Assembly: GCF_009914755.1 (NCBI RefSeq)
Contig: NC_060939.1
Origin: the human T2T-CHM13v2.0 reference genome, Homo sapiens
Reading direction: 5' to 3' (one strand)
DNA length: 64,000 bases
Below, piece by piece: positions 1 to 15,672 of the stretch; positions within the stretch are counted from its first letter, which is position 1, and the number at the start of each line of letters is the position of its first letter. The notes beneath the pieces are model-generated. The model was not told the DNA's origin. It did not search any database and saw only the letters and a program-made list of their open reading frames with translations. A program made the position numbers and the translations under genes.

Positions 1-401
1 CGGAACATTCATTTATGCCTCTTAGAGGTTTGAGCTTGGCTCTTTAGCTTCCCACTTAACACGACTTCAATTTTGGCAAATAGGAGAGCGGGACCAGCTG
101 TGCGTTTGACACAAGTCCCCCTTCCTCTACAGATTGTTGTCTCCTAATTACTGTGAGGGTGGAAATTTTCACTTTGTTATTCTGTGTCCCTCCCACAGCC
201 TTCCATGCCCCTCAGGCACTCGGCAAATGTTCCATGGGAAAAGCTGGCCATGCTTCAAGGGCTCTGTTCAATCTGAGACCCTACATCTTTAATTATGAGA
301 AATAATTGGACATTGTGTCTTAAAATATTTTTCTGGTTATTTCTTTTTCTGAGACTCCTGTTAAATGGATGTAGGCCCTTATACTTTTATCATCCATATA
401 A

Positions 402-1038
<637 letters not shown>

Positions 1039-1161
1039 CCAATATTTTTGATTTTGGTGATTGTCTTCTGCCTGATCTTCCAACTCTCTAATTTATTTTT
1101 TGGCTGAATACATTCTGCTATTTACTCCATCTACTGAGTTATTTGTTGTAACGGTTATTAA

Positions 1162-1608
<447 letters not shown>

Positions 1609-2540
1609 CATACTACCCCTTTTGCTAGTCATTCATTTGGTGGTTGTTTTGGCTCTGAGTTCATCTTCCCTTAAAAGTGTCAGCTATCTTGGTGAATAAT
1701 GTATACTCCGTGGGAAGGAGTGAGGTTAAAGACGGGGCTCCAGCTTTGGCTCCTCTAGGCAAAGGTATGAGGGGAGTGCCTCAGGGTGCAGAGCCTCTGG
1801 CAGCTATTCGCCATTTGCCACCTGTCCACAGACAAGCCAGAGTGCCTCACCTTCCAGAGACCCTCTGCCCTAGTCGCTGCTCTTTTCCAAGAGCTGCCTC
1901 ACTCTGCTTTGTCTTTTATCCCAACCAAGGGTAGAAGAGGAAGGAGAGGCTGCTCCATGGCTCCTGGCCAGCCTTCATCTATTGAATCTGTTTTCCACCA
2001 GCCAGTTCAGCTGGCCCCAGAATTGCCTTGAGGTTACCTTGCTATTTTCGGCTGGTGCTGTGTTGATATTTTCTGCCCACAGAGGTGAAAGGGCAGGCTA
2101 CCCTCCACCCAGAGAAGTATGGGGGACAGAAAAGCAATAAGAAAGCCCTCTCCCAGATTTATATCGACCCATGACCTCTGGCTGTCACCACTCTAGGCTG
2201 CAGTGCTCAGCCGACTGGGACCCATCTACCTTTTGTTTCTCAGGGTCAGATTCTGGGTACATCATCCCTCTCTCCCTTATACAATATCTCTAGGGCCAAG
2301 TCTTGGGGAGGGAATCTGCAGTCCACTCCATCCAGCACCAAGATAAAAATCTGAAGCCCCATCTACTTTCTGTCTTCTAAAAATTCTCCAATATTTCTGG
2401 TTTGCTAATGGTTCTTCATTTTGTTTTCTAGCCCTGTTATGTTTTGATTGTTTTTAAAACTATTTGTTTCTTTTCTGCCATTTTCAAATATGAGAGCATG
2501 TTCTGAGACCCTCCCTTTTCTTCTTAAGAAGAATCCCCTT

Positions 2541-2825
2541 GGCCAGGTGTGGTTGCTCACGCCTGTAATCCCAGCACTTTGGGAGGCCAAGATGCGTGGA
2601 TCACCTGAGGTCAGGAGTTTGAGACCAGCCTGGCCAACATGGTGAAACCCCGTCTCTACTAAAAATACAAAAAATTAGCTGGGCGTGGTGGCAGGCAACT
2701 GTAATCCCAGCTACTCGGGAGGCTGAGGCAGGAGAATCTCATGAACCTGGGAGGCGGAGGTTGCAGTGAGCCGAGATCACGCCATTGCACTCCAGCCTGG
2801 GCAACAAGAGAAAAACTCCGTCTCA

Positions 2826-2849
<24 letters not shown>
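2541..2849 (+). mobile_element. Alu (AluSq-like)
   Basis: GGCCAGGTGTGG...GGCAACAAGAG...poly(A). Confidence 0.93.
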
Positions 2850-2857
<8 letters not shown>

Positions 2858-3634
2858 AGAAGAAGAAAGAATCTCCTACTTAGTAGAGGCAGTGATTCTT
2901 GTGCAACTTTGTAACTTTCATTCATCCCATTCACTCTTTCCTGTTTTCTTGTCTGTAAAATGGGAATAGAGGAGTAGGTGATGTTTGAGGGCCTTTCACC
3001 CTCCCCGTGCTGTGGCTCCAAGGATCAGGCCCAACTGTTGTTTGGCTCATTTTCTGCTGTACATTCTGCATTAGTTCAGAAACGTGAGTGGTGGCACCGC
3101 TTTCTTTCTAATTTCATTCTGGTCATTGGTATTCAGAGAGCAAAATGTAGAGCTGAAAAATGAAGATTGTTTCTTCTTAGAAAAACAAAAAGCACAAACC
3201 ATCTACAGAAACCTGTTCCTATAATGAGCAGCTGAGGCAGGTGGACAGAAGATTGTCCTGAGAAATGTGAATGAACTTGCCTCCACGGAATGGGGTATCT
3301 AGAGTGGGGGATGGTGCGAGGGTTTTTTATTCCTTCCCAAAGCAAAAGCAGACTTCTAATCATTTTTATCTTGCACTCTGGCCTCTTTCAAATCCCATGA
3401 AGCCCCCCAAAGTTGCCAATGACTAATGTGAGACTATAACTCTCTAGGAAATAGGGATATCTCTGCCTCTGATGCCAGAAAACAAGGCAATAGACAGAAT
3501 GACCTCCAAGAACCTTGCCTATCAAATACAGCATCCAGTCATGTCTCTTTGTAGAGGCAGAAACCATTCATGCTTCTGGGAAGAGCTAAAAACCATTTTG
3601 AGAAAGGTTGGAGGAGTTGAAAGGAACACTGGGA

Positions 3635-3820
3635 TGCTGGCTTCCTCTTCACCTTCCACCATGATTGTAAGTTTCTTGAGGTCTCCTCAGAAGCTGAGCA
3701 GATGCCAGCTTCATGCTTCCTGTACAGCCTGCTGAACCGTGAACCAATTAAACCTCTTTTCTTGATAAATTACCCAGTCTCAGGTATTTCTTTATAGCAA
3801 TTTGAGAACAGCCCAATATG
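3635..3820 (+). mobile_element. MaLR LTR fragment (MST-like 3' part)
   Basis: CCATGATTGTAAGTTTC..GAAGCTGAGCAGATGCC..CCAATTAAACCTCTTTTC..TCAGGTATTTCTTTATAGCA. Confidence 0.8.
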
Positions 3821-4109
3821 CCATCCATGATTTTAGGTACTATAAAGCCATAGACTATTGGGCAAGGACTTCAGCTCGACCCTCATATACAGACAGGGAA
3901 ATAGCCTGAAAGAGCTCAGAGACTTCCCTGATATCACCATAGTGAGTCAGTAGCTGAACTAGGAGTAGAACCCAAGGCCTCTTACTGCTGTGTAGGAGTC
4001 TGATACCTGTACCTGGATGCCTCAAGTAAGTTCCTGAAGCTTCTAAGCCCCCCACTGCTTTTGAAGGAAACGCTAGGTCAGGCATAGAATAAGGGCTAAT
4101 TAAATGTTC

Positions 4110-4525
4110 AGTACTGTGGCAGATGCTGTGGATCCCCATTGTGGTTGAAGGACCTAGCCCTCCAGGTGCTAGAAAGACTGCAGGAAGACAGCTCACGGCT
4201 GTAAATCCTCTTTGGGAATTGCATCTGCTGAAGAAAGCAACCTGGATCAAAATAACTTCCCCCTTTCTAGAAGATCCACATCCAATGACTGATCTGTGCT
4301 TGAGTATTAAAGGCCAGATCTGTCCCTGACACAGGACAACTCGAAAGAGGTTGTTCCAGCTTCAGAGTGCCCCATGCGGTTGGCCAAGGTCTTTGCTGAG
4401 TCTATACTGTGGCCTAACTTCTCCCCTGCCCAATTCTATTTTTCTCCCTTTTCTTCCCCAGGTGTTGAGCCACAGAGCACTCCCTATTCTAATCTCAGAG
4501 TCTGCTTCCTGAAGAACCCATCCTG
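4110..4525 (+). mobile_element. ERVL LTR16-like fragment
   Basis: 3' end ...GAGCACTCCCT...ATCTCAGAGTCTGCTTCCTG..GAACCC resembles LTR16; recognised by eye. Confidence 0.5.
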
Positions 4526-5174
4526 CCACACTTGGATTGAATTACAGTCATGAGAAAGCCTGAACTTGGGAAGGAGCCAGGGTCTGGTGGCTTCAGTCGT
4601 GGTGGGGGAGCAGCTGAAGAGAGATGGGTCATGAGGTGGGGCATAGACCCTGGACCTGGAGGCCTGGATTCCCGCCTCTCCACAGCAGCTCACCTGCCCA
4701 ATTATGATTTTGCCTGCAACCCTCCAAGCAGAGCTGGGAGAGGCTGTGTGATTATTGCTGTTCCAATCACTGCTTAAAATCAATGTTATGTGTCCCAGAA
4801 GATCAATCTCCCCCATTTCTTAGAGCCATTCCCCTAAATCTTCACCCCTCTTCTCGGGCTCTGCTCACTCTCACCTCCCTCACTCTCAGCAGATGATCTT
4901 GCCTCGTACTGTCCTTTACAGAAAAAACGAAAATGAAGCCATTGGGAAGCTTTCATCAGTTTCACATCTCATATCCTTGTTACCCTATCCTCACCTCCTC
5001 CCATCCAGCCCAAGAAAGGGTGGTCTCCCCAGGCTCTGGGCCCTGCCCCTTTCTGCTTCCTTAGAGATCTCTGCATGTCAATTATCATACCCCTTCTCCC
5101 TCATGGGACTTACCTGTTTCCTCTCTCCTGCTACCTTCCCATGGGTACATAAATATGTTTAGGTCTCTCATCTG

Positions 5175-6320
5175 GAAAAAAGCACCAACCACAGATAGAA
5201 GAAAATATTTGCAAATTATATGTTTAACAAAGGACTTGTATCCAAAAATATACAAAGAAGTCTTAAAACTCAACAAGAAAACAAACAACCTTATTAAAAA
5301 ATGGGCCAAAGACCTTAACAAATACCTCACCAAGGAAGACATTTAGGTGGCAAGTAAGCGTATGAAAATATGTTCCACATCAAGTGTCACTGGAGAATAC
5401 AAATTAAAACAATAAGACATGACTACACACCTATCGAAATGGCCAAAATCCAGAACACTAACAACACTAAAAGCTGGTAAGGATGCAGAGGCACAGGAAC
5501 TCTCATTCATTGATGGTGGGAATGCAAAATGGTACAGCCTCTTTAAAAGACTGTTTTTGGCAGTTTCTTACAAAACTAAACATACCTTTACCATAGAATC
5601 CAACTTCCTTTGTTAAATACCGAGGAGCAATCATGCTTCTTGGTATTTAACAAAGGAAGTTGAAAAGTTACACCCCAACAAAAAACTCTGCACGTGAATA
5701 TTTATAGCAACTTCATTCACAATTGCCAAGGACATCCTCTTGTCCTTCAGTAGGTGAACAGATAAATAAACTGTGGTACATCCAGACCACAGAATATTAT
5801 TCAGTGCTAAAAAGGAATGAGCTAGCAAACCATGGAAGGACTTGAGGAGACTTTAAATGCCTATCACTAAGTGAAAGAAGTTAATCAGAAAAGCCTAGAT
5901 ACTGTATGATTCTAGCTATGTGCCATTCTGGAAAAGGCGAAACTATGAAAACAGTAAAAAGGTCAGTGGTTTTCAGGAGTTGAGGGGAAGAGATGAATGA
6001 ATAAGTAGAACACAGGATGTTTAGGGCAGTGAAACTACCCTATATGATACTGTAATGGTGGGAACATGTCATTATGTATTTGTCAAAACCCATAATTTGT
6101 ATAACACTGAGAATGAACCTTCATGTAAACTACAGATTTTGGGTGATGATGATGTGTCAAGGTAGGTTCATTGATGGTAACAAATGTACCCCATAAATTG
6201 ATTATGGGGGAGGCTGTACCTGTGTGGGACCAGGGGGTATATGGGAAATCTCTGTATCTTCTGCTCAATTTTGCTGTGAACTAAAACTGCTCTAAAAAAT
6301 AAAATCTATTTTTTAAAACA
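5175..6320 (+). mobile_element. Old L1 3' fragment (L1MC-like), degenerate ORF2 end and 3' UTR
   Basis: Translation [16 protein letters not shown] is typical of the L1 ORF2 C-terminus; the 3' end GGGAAATCTCTGTA..TAAAACTGCTCTAAAAAATAAA is L1MC-like. Confidence 0.88.
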
Positions 6321-6379
6321 ACACCACAACATTTTCTATCCATGTACTTGTCAACTTCTGGTCTTTTCATTTAGCCACA

Positions 6380-8030
6380 CTCATGCCACAAGCAGTTATT
6401 AAGCAATATTCTAGGTGCAGAAATACAGCAGTGGACAACAAAGTCATGATTCAAATTCTATGGAGGGAGATAGACAATAAATGCATAACCAAGTAATATA
6501 TAATATTATCAGAGGGTAAATAAGTGCTAAGGAAAAAAAATCAAGCAGAGTAAAGAAGTTGGGGATGACCAAGGCTGGGGATAGTGGGCACCACTTTATA
6601 TAGGGTGGTCAGGGAAGGCCTTCCTGGAAAGGTAACACTTGAACAGAGACCTGGAGAAAGTAGGGAATGAACTCTGTGGACATCTGGGGAAACAGTGTCC
6701 CAGTGAGAGGGAAGGGCAAGAGCAAAGGCCCAAAGGCAAGCATGACTGGTGTATTTAAGGAGCAGTAAAGGAAGCGAACGCAGAGTAGAGGAAGCAAGTG
6801 GGGGAGAGATGAGATCAGAAGGAAAGCACAGAGCCAGATCATGTAGGATCATATAGAACAATTGAAGGATTTAATTTTTACCCTAGAGAATTCTGAGCAG
6901 AGGAATGACTTGATTTGCTTGCATTTAAAGAGGTCACTGTAGCTGCTGTGTAGAAAGTAAACTATAGAGAGAAGTGGAAGGAAAGAGACTAATCAGAAAG
7001 CCACTGCAATACAGGTAAATGAGGATGGCTTGGATTAGGGTGGTAGCAGTGGAGACCAGAAAGGTGGTTCTGGTTCTGGATATATTTCGAAGGTAGGAGC
7101 CAGTAGGATTGTTGGTGTGGGTTTTGCAAGAAACAGAAAAATCAGCTGGGTATGGTGGCTCATGCCTGTAATGCCAGCACTTTGGGAGGCCAAGGCGGGT
7201 GGATCACCTGAGGTCAGGAGTTCGAGAGCAGCCTGGCCAACCTGGTGAAACCCCATCTCTACTAAAATACAAAAAATTAGCTGGGCCTGGTGGCAGGTGC
7301 CTGTAGCCCCAGGTACTCAGGAGGCTGAGGCATGAGAATCCCTTGAGCCCTGGAGGCGGAGGTTGCAGTGAGCCGAGATTGCTCCACTGCACTCCAGTTT
7401 GGGCTACAGAGTGAGACCCCATCTCAAAAAAAAAAAAAAAAAAAAAAAAAAGGAAAAGAAAAAAAGAAACAGAAAAATCAAGGATGACCGCAAGGTTTTT
7501 GGCCTGAGCCAAAAGAAGAATGAAGTTGCCATCGCCTGAGATGGGGAAGACTGCAGGATAAATGGTTTGTTGTTTGTTTTAGTGGCAGTGGGTAGGCAGG
7601 AGGATGAAAATCATGAGTTTGATTCAAGACAAGTTAGTGAAGATGTTGAGTAGGCAGTCGGGTATACAGAATTAAAAGATACAGTCCAAGCTGGAAACTT
7701 GAATTAGAGCGTTCTCAGCACATAGATAGTATTAAAGCCGTCAGACTGGATGAGATGACCGAGGGAATGGGTCTAGACCCAGAAGAAAAGAGTGTGAGTA
7801 CTAAGTCCTGGAGTTCCTGTACATTAAGGGGTTGGGGAGAGGAGAAGGATCCAGCATAGGAGACTAGAAGGAACAACCAGCAAGGTGAGAAGAAAAGCAA
7901 GAACTTTCTGTTCTAGAGGCAGAAAGTGTTTCAAGAAAGGTAGTGAATGATTTGGAGACAGTGAAAAGATTGATGATGCAGGAGAGGAGAATTTCTGGCG
8001 TGATGTCCTTGAGTAGGCAAGTTGCGCAAA
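6380..8030 (-). mobile_element. L2 fragment interrupted by Alu
   Basis: L2-type motifs CAGGGAAGGCCT..TTGAACAGAGACCTG and GCAAAGGCCC; continuous across the Alu. Confidence 0.75.
7144..7463 (+). mobile_element. Alu with 17-bp target-site duplication
   Basis: AAGAAACAGAAAAATCA at 7128-7144 and 7464-7480. Confidence 0.95.
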
Positions 8031-10174
8031 AGGAGGGCTGACCTGAATGGTAGCACAAGGAGGGAAGGCAGAGGGTGTGGCCCAGGTGCTCTTTTCTCTG
8101 CTCCCAGACCTGCTCTTCTTGAGGTGGCCTTCCCCTTCTGCCCCCTGCACTTGACCCATTTCCTGGTGCCAGACTCTGCAAGCAGCACTACCAGGGTAAT
8201 TAGATCGATGTCTTCCCAAGTGTGTGTTGTCTTAGAGAAGGTCAGACCTGGGCAGGTCCCTGATGCCTTTCACTTATTGAGTTCTTCCCATCCTTCAAGG
8301 TCAGCTATAACCCAGCTCCTCTGCGAACCCTTCCCTGACCTCCACAGCCTCAGTCCACACAGCTTTCCCCTCTCCTTCCATCCCATTTCCTTCTTCAAGC
8401 TGGGCATTGAGGAGCATCCTTGGAGACCTAGGACAGGTGAGGACAGGAGCCCATTTCAGCTGCATTTCCACTTATCACCAGGAGGTGGCTCAGAGTAGCA
8501 AGTGCCTATGTCAACCATGATGGAAAGAACTTGGAAAAGGAGTAGGGAAGTTGGAGACTGTTAGTTCCTTTCTGGCTCTGCAGGCCGCTTGTCCATGGCG
8601 CTAGCCTGCTTCATTAGTCCTGTCTGCTGCAGGGCCGAGGAGGAAATTCTGATGCTCTCAGTGAGAAATGGTGGCTCAGGGCTGCAGAGGAGCTTTAGGA
8701 GGACTCTGAGAGGAAAAGGCCCAGAACGGTTAAGCTACCTCCTCCCGCCACATGGTTAGTTTGTGGCAGGGATGAGAGGTGAGTCCTGGTGTCCTGGTTT
8801 TCAGCCTGCTGTACTGTCAATGCCCCTTCCCGCCAGCCAGGGTCAAGCATTCACTCCAGAGTTCAAGCCTTCATTCAGCTATAGCATCCCAGGTGGGAGT
8901 GAGGGAGCATGAGTGAGGAGCCTGGAGGAGAATGAGCCAGAGTTCCTGCCCTAAGGGAGCCCTCAAAGTGCCTGGGGAGATATGACATGTGGCTTGGGCC
9001 AAGTGGAGAACACTGTGGGCAGCACACATCAGAACAGACCAAGGCTGAAGCTGGCACCTGCTCCTTGGAGGAGGCTTAGGGAAGTAAGTGGATTGGTCCA
9101 GTTTGAGAGGACAACCTCTGATAGACTCCCTCCTCTTAAGCTGGGAGGAACTGGACTACATGAATATTTATGGAGGGGTGGAGGGTGATGGAGACGGGCC
9201 ACATTTTGACAGCAATGCTGACCCTAAAGAATAATGAAGGGCTGGTCAAGGAACTACTAGGGTGAGGGGAGAAACTCCAGCTGGAGTCACTCCTCAGAAG
9301 CCACACATCTGGCTGCACATCTCCCTGAGTGGACGGCATCAGTGCTGCTGCTCAAGTTCCTGTTTGGAAACCCAGAGCCCATCCCTGTTTGCCTGTGAAG
9401 GTGCCAGGTTCCTGCAGAAAGTCTGCTTATAAAGGATTTCTTTTGAAGTTATGTTTGTGATGGTCTCATCAAGAAAACTGAGGAAGGAACAGGAGCCACA
9501 CATGTCATTTAGCTGAAAGTCCTGTTTTAAGAAAACAAACGCAAGGTTGTATTCATGAGCAACTGCTAACCACAATAATGGAAGAAGCAGTTAAGCTAAT
9601 AAGATATAATACCCCATACTTCATGTAGTAACCTTGGGAGAGGTAGGCCAGTGGGCAGGAAGCCCCATGTCTGGTGGCAGAAGCAGGGTGGGAAGGAAAC
9701 TGCAAGAGAACTGAGCCTTGGTCACTGACTGAGGATGTTGCGATTCACACATCCTGCTTCGTGGCCTGGATTGTCTCGAACTGGGTTCTTCCCTAGCACC
9801 AGTAACCCAAGTGGAGACCTAGCAGCAGCCAAGACATGTTCCCAAGAAGGGTCACTTTCACTGCAAAATGCCTATCTCCAGGAGAGAGGGGGAGTGGACT
9901 GAGAGAAGCCAGGGAGAGAGAAAGGGCAGGGATTTGCAGTCAGTTGTCCTGCCTCAGGGATTAGGGTTGACATGAAGAACTGCAGGTTAAGAGTGCTCCA
10001 TTAAGGAAGATTAGATAAACTGTTCTCACCACTGGGGCAGTTAAACCTTCCCTTGAGTCCCTTTGGTAAGGTGCCCTGAAGATGCCTAGGCATAATGTCA
10101 CAAACCCAGCTGAAAACGAATACCACAAAGAGACCCTGTGACTCTGAAAACAGCAATATTTGCACTTAAGATTC

Positions 10175-10345
10175 AGCACCTGGCTTACTCCTGTAGTCCT
10201 AGCTACTAGGGAGGCTGAGGAAGGAGGATTTCTTGTGCCCAGGGGTGAATTCAAGGCTACAGTGAGCTACAATTGCACTACGGCACTCTAGCCTGAGTGA
10301 CAGAACAAGATCCCGTCTCTTAAAAAATAAAAATAAAATAAAAAA
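10175..10345 (+). mobile_element. Old Alu right monomer (FRAM/AluJ-like)
   Basis: CCTGTAGTCCTAGCTACT..GGAGGCTGAGG..CAGTGAGCTA..A-rich tail. Confidence 0.82.
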
Positions 10346-11844
10346 GGATTAAACTCCTGGATTGAAATTCAGATTTCTGGATTCCATATGGTTTATCCAC
10401 TATCTTCCTTAAGAGGGCCATCACCACTGGCTTGTGAGGCAGGGCCCCTTGTTCTCCAAGCCAGGGGCACTCGATCTTATTCATCTAGCAGGAACCCTTA
10501 GTTGTTCTGGTCAGTGCCTGCTTCTCTGAGCCTGTCTTGGGGCAAGCCTAGGAGCAGGGCCAGGACGAGCATGAGGTACCTGCACCTATGATGCAAAACT
10601 GAAGGAGGTGCTCACTTTCAGGTCAGCGCAAGGGTGGAGCCTGTTCAATTATTTGCATGTGAGAGCTATTAGAAAAAAACAACTCCCAATGAGATAGAAG
10701 AGTTCCCCTGGTAGCATGGTGCTGTTTTTAGTTTGTTCTGTTGTTTTGTTGTTTTGTTTTTTAAACTCTGTACAACCCTCCTATTTGGAGGACCTGCCAC
10801 CTTCCTTCCGACTCACCAGCAGCAGGACACAAACTCTGAAATGGCTTCCCGGTATTGGGAGTGTTGTCAGCCAAGATTATAGTAAAGAAATTGGAAAGGG
10901 AAAGGGGATTGAATGGTTCAGTTTCACCGGGGATGGGGAGGAAGACAGATAATGGAAAGGGTGAACAGGGAAGAAGAGCAGAGGCTGGTGAGTCAGATAG
11001 AAGCAGCTAGTTAGAAAAGACTGCTTAGAAGCTCTTTCGTTATGTTGTTGTGTGTGTATTAGGGCCTTAGGGTTACGGAGTGTTCCCAGGCGATCCTCCC
11101 TGGAGGACCTGCTCCTCTTTCATTAGGCTGCTCCTGTTATTTTGCTTGCCAGATGCTTCCAGCTGGCAGTAGTTGGTTCTAGACATTTGAAGCCTATTCC
11201 AAGACTCAATTCCCAGGACTAAGAAACTAGGAAGCCGGAACCTGCAGTGGTTGCTATGCACCATATTCAGTTTTACACCGGATTCAGTCATTTGAGAGAA
11301 ATGTGGTTGCCTTAAGTCTAGGCTGGATGGAATGGTTCCTGATGGCACCCTATGAGTCCTAAGTGAGTGGGCAGAGTGGAGTGCGGGTGGGTGGCTTTTG
11401 CCAAGACATCAAGGATTTGAGGCCTAAAAATGCAAACAACTTGGGAAGTAATATGCACCAACCAGCCTGAGGGAAGGGAGGCCAGTGCCAAGGTATTGGC
11501 TTAGTGTCGCAGGGATCCTCGATAAAATCCCCAATCGCCACTTGGGCCTTAAATCCCTGACACTGCCAAGAATTGATTTTTGTTTCTTATGGAAGCAGTC
11601 AAAATGAATACATTTTCAGTATCATTCTTAGGAGAGGCATCTCAATGTTTCTGAGCCGCTTTCTATGAGATGGACTGCTTAGCTGCTCTAAAAAGACAGA
11701 AATATCTCCATAGCTTACACTGTACAGTTTGCATTATCTAAGTGTATTTAAATAGATGAGAGAGACACTTTCCCTTTTGCATGTCAAAGGAGGCAAAAGG
11801 AAGTTTTCTCCTAATTTCAGTCATAATTTCTGCCCTGAGGAAAG

Positions 11845-12416
<572 letters not shown>

Positions 12417-14097
12417 TAACAAGCTTTCCCCAAAGCCTCAATCAGTGAGTTTCATTTCCATCTCATTTGCCACACTGGGTCACGTGACTGCCTCTAGCTG
12501 CAAGGGGGTCTGAGAACCCACGTATTTTCAACTAGGCATAGAACTTCTTAGAACAAATGCTACACTCTGTTGGTAAGGAAGAAGTAGAGAATTAATTTTA
12601 GTGGACAACTAGCAGCCTAAGGGCAAATGAGAACACTGAAGGGCTTCAGGTAAGCAAGAGACATTGTGGGAGGATTTGCGCTTTAGAAGGCTCTCTCTGG
12701 CAGCTATGGACTGAGGAGTCACAGTCAGCAGAATTAGTTAAGAGGCTTCAACAACAATCCAGTGAGGAGTGATGGGGGTTCAGATGAGGATGGTGTGGCA
12801 GTAGGGTATTCAGGAAAGGGAGGGATTCCTAACATATTCTAGGGCACCCCTTCAAGCCTGCCTGGATATTGGCAGTGGGAAGTGGGGGGAAGTGGGAGGG
12901 AACGAGGGATGAGTCCAGGTTTTGAGCATAGTCCTTCCTGTATATCTAGAAGGGGAAACAGGTTTTGGGGACATGTGATAATTCAATTTTGCACATGTTG
13001 AATTTGAGGAACCTGCAGGATGGTAGGTAGATAAAAAGTGGGATAAGGCTTGTCCCAATCTGGGTCTTTTGGGATTGGTTTGTGACCTCCTTGGGGAACT
13101 TGAAGCAAAACTGGAGATAGCACATTCTGAGTCATCTACTACTGTGCTGACCTAGGAAGCAGGTTGTGGGGAGGTGGGGGGTGGGAGGGATAGAGGTGAG
13201 AGGGGTAGGGCTGCTGTCCAGAAAGAATGCATGAAGACAACCTTCCATCCTGAGTTTTTCTGGTTCTGACGGGAATCTCTGTGTAGCACCTCCATTCCTG
13301 AGTTCCCAGGGACAATCAGGCAAACATTCTCTGAACCAAGGAGACCCCTGCATGATGGGATGGTCATTCTAGCTATCTGTGTCCAGATCCAAGTGTCTGA
13401 GTCTCAGATGAGCTGGTCCTACACATGTGCTATCTGTGCCCTGCCCAAGCTGTTTCCCCCTCCTAGGGGATCAGAGCCCTCTCAATCTGCTGCTTCCAGG
13501 AATGAGAGCCAATACACATTTCCTTCCCTCCTGACCTCTGCTCTTGAATGATTATTTTAAAATCTCCCCCCATAGACACACTATAAACTGCTCTGTGATG
13601 TTCCTTCACTGTCCACCATGGCTGAGTCATGCCAGATTATAAATCCCTTAGGACAGGACCAGCGTCACCACCGCAAGGCACAAGGCACAGGACTGACTCT
13701 TTGTGAAGGGAAGGAAAGTAAGTTTCTCTAGATCTGTTCAATGCCACCTCCAGGGTCCTGCAGCAGGGCTCCTAGCTCCCTCAGCCCAAGGACACCTCTC
13801 CATGTGATGCTACTTCCCCAGGTTGCTGGGCCAACTGGAGGCTACTCATCCTGAGACCTGTAAGGCCAGACCCAGGCTGGACGAGGCTGGTCAGGGCCTG
13901 GCAGGGCAGTGGGGAGCAGCGTGGAATGGTCCAGAGTTCCTGGAGGTGGTCAGGGACAAGACAGCTGGGCCTCTCTGCTGTCATCCCTAGGAGCAGTCAG
14001 CAATTACACAGACACAGCTGCTGTGTGATTCAAAGACACATATGCACGTAGACTCAAATACAGAGTTGCTTGAATGTGTTCACAAATATACACACCC

Positions 14098-14790
<693 letters not shown>

Positions 14791-15397
14791 AGCTCCTAAC
14801 CTAACTCTGGCCCACAAAAGTCTCCCTACGTTTTAGCTGTCACTGTCCCTGTGAGGAAGAACAGATCCAAGAACAGGTGCAGGGATGGGCTGCACCACAG
14901 CAAAATCTGGACAGGCCCGACCCCCATCTCCTCCCAGGCTGGAGCGGGGCCCTGTAAGGACAGAGCCCAAGGCCACTAGGTGTCAGGCCTGTTGGAGCCA
15001 AGTCCGGCCAGCAGTCTGGGGTGGGGCTGGGGGCAGGGCTGGTCGGATGGCCGTGGGTGGAAGGAAAAGAGGAAAACCAGCTCAGTGGAAATTGTCCTGC
15101 GGTTGGCTCAGGCGCCCACGACACTGTATTTATAGAGAGCTCCTTGCAGCTCTTAATTCCTCGCAGTCGAGTTAACCCTTTCTGGGCTGTGGTGCCAGCA
15201 TGGTGTGGAGGAAGAACCCAAGACTGGGGTTGGACAGCAGGATTCCAGCCCTGTTCTGCCGCCAGTCGATGACCAGTCAGTCACCTATCCCCTCTCGCAG
15301 AAAGGAAGATTCGGCTCTTGGAAGTGTGGGAACGGGGTGGGGGATGGGCAGCGCCCTGCTCCGGGAGCCGAGGGTTTTCCCCGCCAGGGTCAGGCCT

Positions 15398-15424
15398 GGG
15401 GGCGGGGCGGGGCGGGGGCGGGGG
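15398..15424 (+). promoter_or_regulatory. Tandem Sp/KLF GC boxes; potential G-quadruplex
   Basis: GGGGGCGGGGCGGGGCGGGGGCGGGGG: five G runs separated by single C. Confidence 0.8.
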
Positions 15425-15492
15425 CCAGGCCGTGTGCTCTGCCCAGCGGGCTGGCTCAGGCCTCGGTCAGCAGCCGCCACCGCGGGGCCAAT

Positions 15493-15672
15493 CCGGCCTC
15501 AGGGACGCACCGGAGCCGCCTTTCCGGGCCTCAGGCGGATTCTCCGGCGCGGCCCGCCCCGCCCCTCGGACTCCCCGGGCCGCCCCCGGCCCCCATTCGG
15601 GCCGGGCCTCGCTGCGGCGGCGACTGAGCCAGGCTGGGCCGCGTCCCTGAGTCCCAGAGTCGGCGCGGCGCG
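15493..15672 (+). other. CD276: CD276 exon 1 (5' UTR; start approximate)
   Basis: Consensus donor GCG|GTGAGT at 15672/15673 inside the CpG island. Junction to exon 2 (…ggcgcg|gcaggggcagcc) agrees with the CD276 mRNA as I recall it. Confidence 0.85.

Noticed and set aside
5155-5616. L1 ORF2-like peptides
   Set aside because: Fragmented, 5'-truncated old L1; not a functional reverse transcriptase.
15127-15135. TATA/MEF2-like TATTTATAG upstream of the CpG island
   Set aside because: About 360 nt from the inferred exon 1 start, and I cannot tie it to an alternative first exon from sequence alone.
15372-15381. NF-kB-like GGGTTTTCCC in the promoter
   Set aside because: Mismatches GGGRNNYYCC in both orientations; unsupported without ChIP data.
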